Part shown: positions 48,901 to 61,381 of the stretch, piece after piece
Layout of the letters: each line of letters starts with the position of its first letter
Numbering within the stretch: position 1 is the first letter of the stretch
Source of the DNA: Azolla caroliniana
Lineage: Eukaryota; Plantae; Polypodiophyta
Length of the DNA stretch: 64,000 nucleotides
Direction: 5' to 3'
NCBI GenBank assembly: GCA_043228905.1
Contig: JBHGNT010000008.1
Location: 13,268,001 to 13,332,000, forward strand
Position numbers and translations under genes: made by a program
Notes under the pieces: generated by a model
Database searches by the model: none
Told to the model about the DNA's origin: nothing
What the model saw: the letters and a program-made list of their open reading frames with translations, nothing else

Positions 48901-51900
48901 TCACCCTCTTGCCGGCAATAATAGCAGTACGGCTTCCGGGCGTTGCTGGATTCGGCGTGTGTGCTTGGTGGCGGACCGGGGGCAAGTGCTTGGTTTTGAT
49001 CTGGTTGGCTGCTCGGAGCGCCCTTTTCCGGTTCCCGTGGATGCCCCCCCCCCTTTTTGTTGAAATGATGTTTCTTATTGAAATTCTTTTTGTTGCGGTA
49101 TCCTTGCCGGGGCTGGTCATCATCCTTGCCATAGTCATCCTGTCGGTGGTTGTAACCAGGGGAATGATCCCGGTTATATCTTTCATACTGTCCATTATAG
49201 TCCCGGTATCTATCCTGTCTATCATACCGGTCATACGCATCTCTTCAGTCGTTATACCGGACATCTTGTGCCGGTCGGTAGCGCTCCTCTCGCCACCAAC
49301 GTTCTTCTTCTTCCTCCCCGTTGCTCTGTGGTTCAATTTGCCAGAGTGGTGGTGCTTGTCAATTTAACAAGTTATACTCACACCGTTCCATTGTGTGACT
49401 TCTGGAGTGGCAGAGCAAGCATTGGGAATGCATGGTGCATTCCAGCGCCGAATGTCCAGCATTCAGGCATATCGTACATTGAACTGCTTGTCGGAAACGG
49501 AGGTATTCTTCTGTCAGTAGTGTACGCTAAAGTGCGCCCATGGTTAGCCATGAACTCGAGTTTTCCATTTCCCGAACTCGGTCAATCACTTGATCTATGC
49601 TTCTGGTGCGGAAATCGATGACGGTGCACACCGTCCGTAAGGGTTCCCGGAGTGCTGCTAAGAATATGGCCTTTGTTTCTTCCTCTGGTGGTGTCCGGCT
49701 GAGCTGACTGTGGATCCGCTGGAACCGGATGACAAACTGTTGGATGTTCTCCATTGGTTCCTACCAGATACTGTAAAATAACCCCACCATTTCCCATTGG
49801 TCCATCTCCTTGTGGAAGAAATGCAAGAATTTTGTCTTTAATGTTTCAAACGTGGGGATGGTGTTGGGATCCTGTGTTCGGTGCCATCTGGCGGCCGGTC
49901 CCTCCAAGGTCATGCCGAACTCTGCCTGTTTTGAGCGTTCCTCTTCGGCTGCATTTAAGCGTTGGGACACATGGTTCGCTTCCAAGGTCTGCTGAAACGC
50001 ATGGACGTGGGCTTCCGCGTCCGGATCATCCCGGTATCTAGGATATTGGAACGGCATATCGTCGTCTGGTGTCGATACACGATGTCGTGACGTGGCTCGC
50101 CTAGAAGCGTAGCGTTGTTCACACAAAGAATAACGTGAAAGTGAGGAAGGAATCACTGGGATTATGGACGGAAGAGACGAAAGAGTAGAGATGGAGTGAA
50201 TAGAGATCAATAAGATATGACAATATAGGATTTTTAAGGAATATAAGATAAGACAAGATAAGATATAAATTAATATATGAGAAAGTGTATGAAATTTATA
50301 ATCATTTTCATGAAAGAGTTACAAAATGATTGTGCACGTCGTTGAACCTCCGAACTTTGTCTTGCAAGGTAATCACTCTTCTCTTTCTTGATCTTAGACG
50401 ACTACAATCTTCACTTCAATATTTTGATAAAGATAAGGCTCGAACCGCCTCCCTCTTGTTGAGAGTTGACCACCACGATCGCCAAGCTAGAGCTCCACGT
50501 TTATGTTAAACTTCTTCTCTTCTTTCTCTATTTTTATGGTATCTCTTATGTAATACATAATTTGATTGATATCTCATACCTCTCTCCTTTTCTCTTCTCT
50601 TTCACCCTTTAAATAGGTGCCCCCATGCATATGATGCATTGGAGGGTACAAGACATGCATGTGATGCATGATAAACATCTCACTCATTTGAGCTTTTATG
50701 TATGAAACAATATATGCAATAACAACAAACATGAAAATATAATCTTAAAGAGAAAGGACCTAGCCTAATGGTAGGTGTGTTGATTTTGGTGTATGAGGTT
50801 GTGGGTTTGAGTCTCAAAATACTATTGAATACAACATACAACTTTATTTTTATATCATGAAGCAAATCCTTTATGTAATATAAAGTATATATAAAGTATG
50901 CTTTATTTTATATATACTACTAATATAGAGTAAATGGTAAGATTTGAGAGTCATAGGGTGGGGTTATTGGTTCAAGTCCTCTCTTGTTCATGTAATATAA
51001 TATATATATATATATATATTATTTGCCTATATAATATTATCATAGTGTGTTGTTAATATTATCTTTATATATAAAACATTATCAAGATTTATTTTATTTT
51101 AGTTACGTATTTATCTTATTGTAGACTTTTAATGTGAAGTTTTCGTACTTCATGACATCCACCCCCTCTAGACCTGCACATCCTCTGGCATGTGCCACTA
51201 TCTTTCATCTTCATGTTGATCTATTGGAGGAGGTTCAAACTCAAACCTTTTCTTAAATACTTTTATCCTCTTTCCAGCTACCACATTTAGGATTAGTGTC
51301 CCATCCAATTCACTAAGCTTATAAGTAAAGTTATCATATACTTTTCTTACTATATAAGACCCAAACCATCTTTTAGCGAACTTGCGGACGATGCTATATT
51401 GATTATCTAAACTGCTATCATACACGAGCACCCAATCTCCTTCTTCTATTTCCTTAGGTCGAATTCTATGAGTTTTATCAAAACGAATTTTATTCTTTAG
51501 TCGAGCCTCCTTCAATCGTTGGGCTGCTATTTCTATATCTTCAGGTCGACGCTTTAATTGTTGAATTCGCAAAGCAAGTAATTCTTCTCTACTCACCTCT
51601 TCTCTCCATGGAATAGATATCCATGACATAATTGATTCTTCTATCGGCATGATGGGCTTTTGGCCAAGTATCAATTCAGCTGGCATGTATCCTGTTACTG
51701 AACTATGAGTTGTTCGATCCGCCCATAGTGCATAAGGTAGCATGCGTGGCCAATCTCTTATTTTACCTTTACAGCTTTTCACGATCGCCTTAACTATTGG
51801 GCTATGTCCTCTTTCAATCTTTCCATTGGCTTCTAGATTATACACAGTTGTAAGTGATAATTTGACCCCTATTCGGGTGAAGAATTCTCTAGCTTCATCA

Positions 51901-51946
51901 AAGTCGAGTTCTCCTCTATCTCCAATTATTTTACCAGCACACCCGT

Positions 51947-54900
51947 TGTCGTGAAGATTTTCGTCCACAAGTGGAAACCCGAGCAACGAGGGCCAAAGAG
52001 CGATGTGCAACGTTGCACACGTACATAATGTATTTGTAATAGTAATAAAGGTATAAAGGTGATGTGGTCTTGTACGCACAACCACGCGAGAGAGAGAGGT
52101 ACTATGCGGTACATAGGTACCTAGTTGTTTGTGAGGAGGTGGGAGTTAAGGGGGGCCATCGATCTCACCCTCCCCAAATCAAGGCAAATATCCCCTTTGA
52201 ATGAAGGGGGGATATTTAAGTCTCGTATTTGTAAACGGTCTTCCCTCCTTGTGCTATAAAAGGAGAGGGAAAGCACCATTGTGAGGTTTGCCTATTTTGA
52301 GTGTGCGAGGTATACCATATAGGTCGATCGTTAGGCTTAGGGTTAGGGTTTCTTGATCTTTATCTTCATCTTCGTCGGTTAGGGTTTGGAGTAGTCGTTT
52401 GGTGCGGCCTACGCGGCCACCATTTTGTAATCGTTCATTTCGTTTTAACATATCTTGTTGATCTTCTTGTCTCCATCTTCCTCTTGTTCGAGTTAATCTC
52501 TTGTTCATTCTTCTTGTTCTTGAGCAAAGCTTCCATTCCATGTCAGATTCCTTCTCCTCTACTCCTTAGTCCAAGACCCCCGTGGTCCTGCCCTTCTCCA
52601 CGCTAGCGCGTAGCAACGCGACATCTTTTGGTGAAACTGATGTGAAGAGGCGGCAAGGGAGGAAGGAGATGGAAGCCGGAGACATCGCGGAAGTAATTAC
52701 GAGAATGGCAAGGGATTTCGCAAGAAGGTGAGAAAGACGAGAAGAGGCGTACAAGTACGATCGACGCGAGTTCAATCTATGGGTGTCGTCGGCAAAGGCT
52801 CCTCGAAGCGCAATGAAGGCATTCCGGGAGTTTGATCTCCGGTTTTCCCAACTTTCGGTCCGGGATCAAGAATCGGTGGGGGCGGACAAGGTCCCACTAT
52901 TCTTGAAGTCGGTCAACAAAAGGGGAAGAAAGGCCATTTTTCCCTACCTCGAAGACGATGAAGGGGCGTACGGCCTCACCAAAGATTGGAACGAGGTGGA
53001 ATGGGTGTGCAAACAATGCGATGAGAGGCGGTCGGCCACAACGCGGCCCGCGAGCGGCGGAGAAGAGAGAGCGGCGACCGACTACGCACTACCGCCGGAA
53101 GAGAGCTCAACGCAAATCGGTTCGGAGGAGCTCGACATCGAAGCCTTGGTGCGGGAAGCGTACGAGATCGTAGAGGCACAAATCGAAGCCGAAGAAGGGC
53201 TTATTGCGGAGTCAGGCCCGAGCGGATCGGAGGATGAGGTGGCCGAAAGAGAATGTTACATCGGTACCACGGGAGAGGGTGCAGTGCGAGCCACCCTCTC
53301 GACATGCGGAGAAAGAACGACCGAGGACGAGGTCGGGGACGGTGAGGCGGCGATCGCCGATTCGAGCGGACATGAGGGAGTTCGGGCATGGAGGCCCGAA
53401 ACGACGAGCGGGGAGAAGATGGGCGGTGGTGCCGGGACCTTACGCACACCGGGCCTAGAGACTCCGGCAACCGGCCCGAGAGCCGGTGTGAGACCTAGAG
53501 TGACGGGCGGTGGTGGCGGCAAGGCGGGCAACCACGGCGGCGATGTGGGAGAGGGTGCGGAGCGAGCGACCCTCTTGACTTGTGGAAAGAGGACGGCCGT
53601 GAATGAGGCTGATATCTACGAAGCAATGGACACCAAATCGAGAGTGGGCAAAAGTTTCGGGACACGGTTGCCCGAAACGTTCTACGAGGATTTCGCGAGC
53701 ATACTCGAGGCTTGCGAAATCGAAGAAGAAGAGGAGACGAACGGCGGTGCCGCGACCTTCCACACACCAGTCCTAGAGACTCCGGCAACCGGCCCGAGAG
53801 CCGGTGTCAGACCTAGAGAGACGGACGGTGGCGGTGGCAAGGCGGGCAACCGGAATGACGAAGAGGAGGTTTGTAGCAGACGGAGGCGAGATCCCTCGAC
53901 ACTGGTGCCGGAGACTTCGGCGGTTGTGCCCGAGCGCGAACATAAGACCGGAGAGATGGGCGGTGGCCGTGAGGATGAGAGGCCCGGAGTGGGCACGTGC
54001 GAAAGGACCGAAGGAGAGGTCCATAGTGGCATCGAGGTGCGAGTCGGGAACCGACCCCGACCGAAAGGTGAGCCGGTCGGTAATCCGACCCGACCGGGAA
54101 GCGGAGCGGAAGAAGAGTGAAGCGGGGGCCGGTCAACCGGGCCCGAACCAAAGGAAGCCGGCAAGACCGGGATTGCTTGATCGATTCGTAGCCGGGCACG
54201 ACGAGTACGGGTCAGTGAGAGGCCGAGAGCAAGAGGAGCCCTCCACACCTATGCTTGAGACTTCGGCGGTTGCGGATCAACGGAAGACCGAAGAGATGGC
54301 GGGTGGCGGCGAGGAGTTGGAAGACAATGCGGAATCGGGTACCGGAGCGGATGCCCAGTGTGGGAAGGATGAAGAGACCAACGCAGAGGACAGGTCTACG
54401 GCGGATGAGCGTGAAGTGAAGCATGCACTACGGCCGGCGGAGGGTCAAGGAACAAGCATGCACTCGGGGGAGCGTCAACGAGTGACCGGAAACGGTGGAC
54501 CGATTGAGCCTTTGAAAGGCGAGGACTCGGTGGTGGACCGAGAGTGGGAGGAACCCTCCACACCTACCCGTGAGGCATTGGCGGTCGCGGATCGAAAGGA
54601 GAACGAAGAAACAGTGGGTGGCGGCGAGGAGTTGGAGACCGACGCGGAGGTCGGGTCTACGGCGGAAGCGCGACACGAGACGCATGCAATACGGCCGATG
54701 GAGGGCCAAGACACAAGCATGCATACGGCGGATGGGCGACAACAATTGACCGACGATGACGGTTGGGTCAAGCCTTCGAGAGGCAAGCGCGGGACGAAGG
54801 ACGGCGCGGCGAAACACCAAGATCGACGACATGGGCCGAGCGCGATCGGCATGAGCGGAGAGTCGTGTCTAGGAAAATGGACGAGGTGCGTGGAGAACGG

Positions 54901-56322
54901 AGGGCTATGCACCGGGAAAAGAAAATGCGGTGTCCCGAAGGACATGCAAGGCTAATCAGGCCAAGAGGGCGCGGGTCGAGGCGAAGCGGTAACGAGAGCC
55001 ACGAAGAAGGACGGGGTGATGGCACGCTCTACCACGAGAGAGCACGGCGAACAAGGGGAAAGCGAAAAGCGCATGATGGGGTCATCGAAGGACCGAAGCA
55101 CGAGCACGCATTCGGAGGAGAGCATCGACGTACGGGGAAAGCCTACGGAAGGCAAGCGCGGAGCGGAGAGAGTCGGCACGCCGAGGTGTGCGGAACGCAA
55201 AGGGCGGAATCCGGCATGCAACCGGGAGCGCATCCGGAGGATATACGAGGCGGACAAAGGAAGAGCAACCAGGTCGGCGACGGCGTTCGGGAGGACCGAA
55301 TAGGGAGGAAAGCACGGGCATCGGATACGGCGGGTCGGATGTAGTCGGAGGTTCAAGGACCCACGGTGGACGTGGCGGATCGGGTGGAGGCAACGACTCG
55401 GCGAACATCGTCGAGTGTGGTGGATTGGATGGCGCCTACGGTTCGAGACCATTCGGCGAGGATGGTGGACCGGAAGGCGGCGGTGGTTTGTGTGGATGGG
55501 GTGGTCTTGCTCGAAGTGGAAGACAAAACCGGGCGGGCCCGCGAGGACGCTAAGGACTCGGTCGGTCGTCGTGGCCGAAAATCTCGTGTTCTCTCCCCTA
55601 TGTTTTGGCACATACCGGTGGATGTGCGGTTAGGTGGGGGGCGGATGTTGTGAATATTTTCGTCCACAAGCGGAAACCCGAGCAACGAGGGCCAAAGAGC
55701 GATGTGCAACGTTGCACACGTACATAATGTATTTGTAATAGTAATAAAGGTATAAAGGGGATGTGTTCTTGTACGCACAACCACGCGAGAGAGAGAGGTA
55801 CTATGCGGTACATAGGTACCTAGTTGTTTGTGAGGAGGTGGGAGTTAAGGGGGGCCATCGATCTCACCCTCCCCAAATCAAGGCAAATATCCCCTTTGAA
55901 TGAAGGGGGGATATTTAAGTCTCGTATTTGTAAACGGTCTTCCCTCCTTGTGCTATAAAAGGAGAGGGAAAGCACCATTGTGAGGTTTGCCTATTTTGAG
56001 TGTGCGAGGTATACCATATAGGTCGAGCGTTAGGCTTAGGGTTAGGGTTTCTTGATCTTTATCTTCATCTTCGTCGGTTAGGGTTTGGAGTAGTCGTTTG
56101 GTGCGGCCTACGCGGCCACCATTTTGTAATCGTTCATTTCGTTTTAACATATCTTGTTGATCTTCTTGTCTCCATCTTCCTCTTGTTCGAGTTAATCTCT
56201 TGTTCATTCTTCTTGTTCTTGAGCAAAGCTTCCATTCCATGTCAGATTCCTTCTCCTCTACTCCTTAGTCCAAGACCCCCGTGGTCCCGCCCTTCTCCAC
56301 GCACGCACGTAGCAACGGGACA
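51947..56322 (+). mobile_element. Non-autonomous LTR retrotransposon with gag-like/low-complexity ORFs
   Basis: 677-bp LTRs 51947-52623 and 55646-56322; 4-bp TSD CCGT; PPT AGGTGGGGGGCGGA; no PR/RT/INT motifs. Confidence 0.92.
52783..54120 (+). CDS. Gag-like N-terminus followed by repeated Glu/Gly-rich tract
   Basis: FREFDLRFSQLS...KVPLFLKSV...LTKDWNEVE; duplicated LETPATGPRAGVRPR segment; position just after the 5' LTR. Confidence 0.5.
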   Translation: MSSAKAPRSAMKAFREFDLRFSQLSVRDQESVGADKVPLFLKSVNKRGRKAIFPYLEDDEGAYGLTKDWNEVEWVCKQCDERRSATTRPASGGEERAATDYALPPEESSTQIGSEELDIEALVREAYEIVEAQIEAEEGLIAESGPSGSEDEVAERECYIGTTGEGAVRATLSTCGERTTEDEVGDGEAAIADSSGHEGVRAWRPETTSGEKMGGGAGTLRTPGLETPATGPRAGVRPRVTGGGGGKAGNHGGDVGEGAERATLLTCGKRTAVNEADIYEAMDTKSRVGKSFGTRLPETFYEDFASILEACEIEEEEETNGGAATFHTPVLETPATGPRAGVRPRETDGGGGKAGNRNDEEEVCSRRRRDPSTLVPETSAVVPEREHKTGEMGGGREDERPGVGTCERTEGEVHSGIEVRVGNRPRPKGEPVGNPTRPGSGAEEE

Positions 56323-57299
56323 CCGTAACGACATATTACATCTTCTAACAAAAATTTACATACAGCTCTAGTTGTTTTTGGTCGTAGTGGTCTTCCTTCT
56401 ACTTGGTTTGTAAGGTCTTCTCTTGCTAGTACTAAATATCGCATTTGACCTTCCCCAAGTGGCATTGTCACTAGATCGACCATACATTTATAATGCATTG
56501 ATGATGAATATGTTGGTTTTAGCTCATCTCGATACCGGATAGTTGAATACCTCTGGCAAACCTCACAGGTTTCCACAAATTTCGATACATCTTTATACAT
56601 ATGTGGCCACCAATACTTTTCTTTCAACTTCATAAATGTCGCCCATATGCCTCTATGTCCTGCCCACAAACTATCATGGAATTCATTAATTAATTTTCTC
56701 TTAATGTCATCCTTACAAATGACTCGAAGAGGATTTTCAGTTGGCCTTTTTGGCAGCCTCCATAAATGCCCTTCATGTTAAAAAAACTTGAATGCTCGTC
56801 TTCGAAATTCATTTAATTGTTTCTTCGACCATGATGGGTTGGCTTCTTGAGTCTTTAGAAAATTTCCTATATCTAACCATTGACCTTCATACTCCACATC
56901 TTTGAACATTATACTTACATTAAACTCATCATGAGGCTTAATAGATACTTGATGAGCAACTTGATGGCTTGTAGTTGCCCAATTCTTATCTTCAGCTTGC
57001 ATCACCCTTTCATTTATGAACCTTGCTCTTGACAGCATATCTGCGACTGGGTTCTCTTTGCCCTTTATACGCCGTAATTCTGGGTTCATGGTTCTAATGT
57101 ATGCAATCCACCGAAGCATTGCAATATCCGATGTGGTGCAACTTGTTATCATTCCAATGAGTGGCAAACAATCTGTTTCAACCACTACATCTGCTCCGAT
57201 CAAGTAATCTCTATCTGTTTTTAATGCAGTAAGCAAACCCCACAATTCTCGTTTCACTTGTGCATAGTTTCTTTGTCTTTCATTTAATATCTTTTCTCC

Positions 57300-57338
57300 T
57301 GTAAACGTAAGTGTTTGCAGAAGCGTAAAATAGAGAAC

Positions 57339-57378
<40 letters not shown>

Positions 57379-60300
57379 AGAACACAATTTCAAAATTATA
57401 TCAAGACCATGTATACACACTGTGCTAAGTAGCACTATTTATACAAGTCCTCTTGGGACTGACAGAAGTACCATGTACTTTAATGCTCACACGAGCATCT
57501 GACACTCACTATGAGACTATAGCTACCTAGTAGTCTATCCTATATTAGGCTTCCGATTGGACTTCCGGTTACAAATTGCACCCGGCCTCCACTGCTTGCC
57601 GGTTCGGTTGCTCACCGTCATACCGATCCGTTTCGCCCGATCTGTCTCGCTTACCAGCTCCGGCTTATTCAGCCGATCCAGCTCCGGTTGAGCTTACTGC
57701 TCAACACTCCCCCTCAAGCTCAACCTGAGGTGGGGTCGTAGTGTCGACCTCTATGGTCGTCGGTTCTTCCAACCGACTCCTCCTGGAGTCACTCCGCCTT
57801 GCTCGCGCTCCTCGTCCGGTCCGGTCCCGTTTGCCGCGAGCCCTTTGGTTCTGCGCGCCTCGACCCTCTCGGTCGACATGTCTGCTCAATAGGCCCATCT
57901 CAACACTCACGTTGTTGTGACTCCGGCGCTTGCCGATCCGTCGGTTCTCCCACGATGGCATCGACTTCCGCTGTGTCTGTGTCCCCTTGGCCTTCAGTCG
58001 ATCCGACTCATCCGGATCCATCTGTTGATCCAAGTCAGCTGTCTCCGACTCGTTCCAGCTCTTGTCCGAATCGGTACACTCCGATTCGACTTCCGGCTTC
58101 AGGCCTCTCACCACATTGGACCACTTCCGAGTCTTGGCCTTCTCCATGCTTCCTTCGGCTTCTTCAGCCGGTGAACTGAAATCGAATTCTTCATTCGACT
58201 CCGCATCATGGTCAGTACCATCGTGATGACCTCCGCACAGCATGCACAACTCTTCCTGAGTGCACAACTCTTCTTCACAGCCGTTTGCTCCGACCAGTTC
58301 GGATGTGTCGACTTCCTTCGTCGACTCGGCTTCCTTCATCTTCTTGTCTTCTCTTCTTCTGGCTCTCCTCTTACCAACGAGTTCAACAGTTTTTTGGCCT
58401 TTGCCCGTTTCGGTAGAGACTTTGCCCTTGCTTCTCCCCCTCAAGTGCGGCACGTCGAGATGCTGAATACCAAGCATGTCGGTAAAGTGTTGCAATTTGT
58501 CCGATCCGAGCGGCTTGGTGAAGATGTCGGCAACTTGCCGATCCATAGGAACATACCGTAGGTCAACTTCACCGCTCAAGACCCGCTCACGCACGAAGTG
58601 GTAGTGCACCTCGATGTGCTTTGTGCGAGCATGGAACACAGGGTTCCTAGCGAGCTGCAGGCTGCTCATGTTATCGCAGTAAATCGGGATCGGGGTCGGT
58701 GCCTCGATCTGCAAGTCTCGCAACAATCGCCGAAGCCAGATGGCTTCACAAGTGGCAACAGTAGCGGCCCGGTACTCAGCCTCAGTGCTTGACAAAGCCA
58801 CGGTGGGCTGCTTCTTGCTGCTCCACGCAACGACCGCGCTACCTATGGAGAACATGTATCCGGAAGTGGAGCGGCGATCAGACGCATCGTTGGCCCAGTC
58901 CGCATTTGTGTAACCGACAAGCTCTTCGGGTATACCTCGCCGGTATAGCAATCCCCGGTCCTTAGTGCCGCTGACATACCGTAATATTCATTGCGCGCAC
59001 TGAAGGTGCTCCACGGTCGGCTTCTGCATGAACTGACTTACCATGCCGACCGGATAGTTGATGTCGGGTCGAGTGATGGTTAAGTAGATCAGGCTTCCGA
59101 CAACCTGTCGGAATCGTTTCTCATTGCAGGCCGGTCCAGAGTTGGGACGGAGCTTCTGGTTCCAGTCCAAGGGTGTGGAGACAGGTCGGCAATCCGTCAT
59201 GCTGAACTTATGCAGCATATTCAACACGTAATGTCATTGTGAGAGCAATATGCCGTCGGGGGTCCGGAGCACTTCGATCCCAAGAAAATAATGAAGGTCC
59301 CCTAGGTCCTTCATTTCGAATGCGTCCGACAACTGGGACTTGACGCAGTTGATTTCGGGAAGACCCGATCCGGTGATGACTAAAACATCCACATACAAGA
59401 GTATACATACCGGACCGTCAGAGCCTTGCCAGATGAACAACGAAGAGTCCGACTTAGAGACAGCAAACCCCAGCTTACGCAGCCGGTGCGTAATATTCGC
59501 GTTCCAAGCTCGGGGGGCTTGCTTCAAGCCGTAAAGCGACTTCTTCAGTCAGCATACCGCCGACTTGTTCATCTCCGATTGAAATCCGGGGGGCTGAGTC
59601 ATAAAGACTTCTTCTTCAAGCTCTCCTTGAAGGAAGGCGTTCTTCACATCCATCTGGTGAAGATGCCACCCCCTTGCGGCCATAGCGGCACGCCATAGCG
59701 GCACGCCAGTTTGCGTCCTTTGCCGCTTCTGCGTAGCTCTCCGGCTCATGCACTTCTGTCACCTTAGTCATGTACGCATAATGATGTGCCATGTATTCAT
59801 TGTACCCGTACCGCATGATGGGATCCTTCTGGCGGGTTGATCGGCGCAACGCACCGTCACCTGATTTGAGGCCCTTCTTGGCTAGTTCGGTCTTCGTTGC
59901 CGAAGATCCGCCTTTCTCCTTTCCAGAGTCGGATAAGCACCGGTCCAACTCATCGTTGCCGGTTTCGAATTCTGGCATCTTCCTCTTCCCCTTCTCTTTG
60001 CGCGTGAACCGTTTCCTCGGTTCCTTGCGCGGGGAGAGCACGTTAGAGTCTCCACCACTTGCCGTCTCTTTATCCGACTGGTCCAACCAACTCAATCGCT
60101 CGTTCAGTCCACTCAACTGTAACGATTCTGGACTCTCATCTTGAGTCCCGGCTTCATCATCCTCTGCCAGGGCTAATTCCGGCTCACTGGCCTGATCTTC
60201 CGGCATTGGGTCGGGATCGGAAGTCGGAGTCGGTACGGAGTACCAGGATGCCGATTCATCGAACTCGACATCCCTGCTAACTCGGACTTCCTTCGTCCGG

Positions 60301-61381
60301 GGGTTAAAGCACTTATACCCCTTTTGCTCTTGAGCATAGCCGACTAGGATGCATTTTTCCGATTTTGCATCCAGCTTTCTCCGCTTCTAATCCGGCACAT
60401 GCACATACGCTATGCTGCCGAATATCCGAAGGTGTCTTAAGTTCGGCTTGCGCCCGAAATACAGCTCATGAGCTGACACCTTGTCACCAATGCGGTTTTG
60501 TATGTAGACGGCCGTCCGGACCGCCTCCGCCCAGTAGAACCGGGGCATGCTCTTCTCCTCCAGCATTGCCCTTGCCGCTTTGACGAGTGTCCGGTTCTTC
60601 CTTTCGGCCACACCGTTTTGCTCTGGTGTGTATCTGCAGCTGAACTCTCGCCGAATTCCCTTCTGCTGCAAATAACTAGTGAATTGGCCGGAAAAATATT
60701 CCTTTCCGCCATCCGACCGAAGGCATTTGATCTTCCGCTCCGATTCCCGTTCCACCACCGCTACGGAATGTTGGTACTGTGGCAAAAAAGGCCACAGGGA
60801 AAGCGAGTGCTGGAAAAAGTGTGCCGATTCGGACAAATCCGGATACGGCAAGACCGGTAAGGATGGCCAGCAAAACTCGCACTACGCAAACGGATCAGGA
60901 GGATCCGGAACCGGAAAGGCCGGTAAGGGGCCAGCCTTGGTGATGAATCACAAGGCAAACTCAATGAAGAAGACCACTTCCAAAACGGAGGAAGTGTGGT
61001 ATGTTGATTCCAGCGCGTCGAACCACATGACGAGCCACAAAGAGTGGTTCTCCAGAACACAATTTCAAAATTATATCAAGACCATGTATACACACTGTGC
61101 TAAGTAGCACTATTTATACAAGTCCTCTTGGGACTGACAGAAGTACCATGTACTTTAATGCTCACACGAGCATCTGACACTTACTACGAGACTATAGCTA
61201 CCTAGCAGTCTATCCTATACTAGGCTTCCGATTGGACTTCCGGTTACGGATTGCACCCGGCCTCCACTGCTTGCCGGTTCGGTTGCTCACCATCATATCG
61301 ATCCGTTTCGCCCGATCCGTCTCGCTTACCGGCTCCAGCTTATTCAGCAGATCCGGCTCCGGTTGAGCTTGCCGCTCAACA
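57300..61381 (-). mobile_element. Rearranged Ty1/copia element
   Basis: LTRs 57300-57706 and truncated ~61053-61381; TSD TCTCC/GCTCC (one mismatch); INT (RSDGGKEY), RT ([12 protein letters not shown]), RH (CDNMSS, ADIFTK); gag/PR piece inverted. Confidence 0.9.

Noticed and set aside
57340-57376. (GA)n microsatellite as an independent feature, also (CT)n at ~27280 and ~32090
   Set aside because: These tracts are parts of LTRs.
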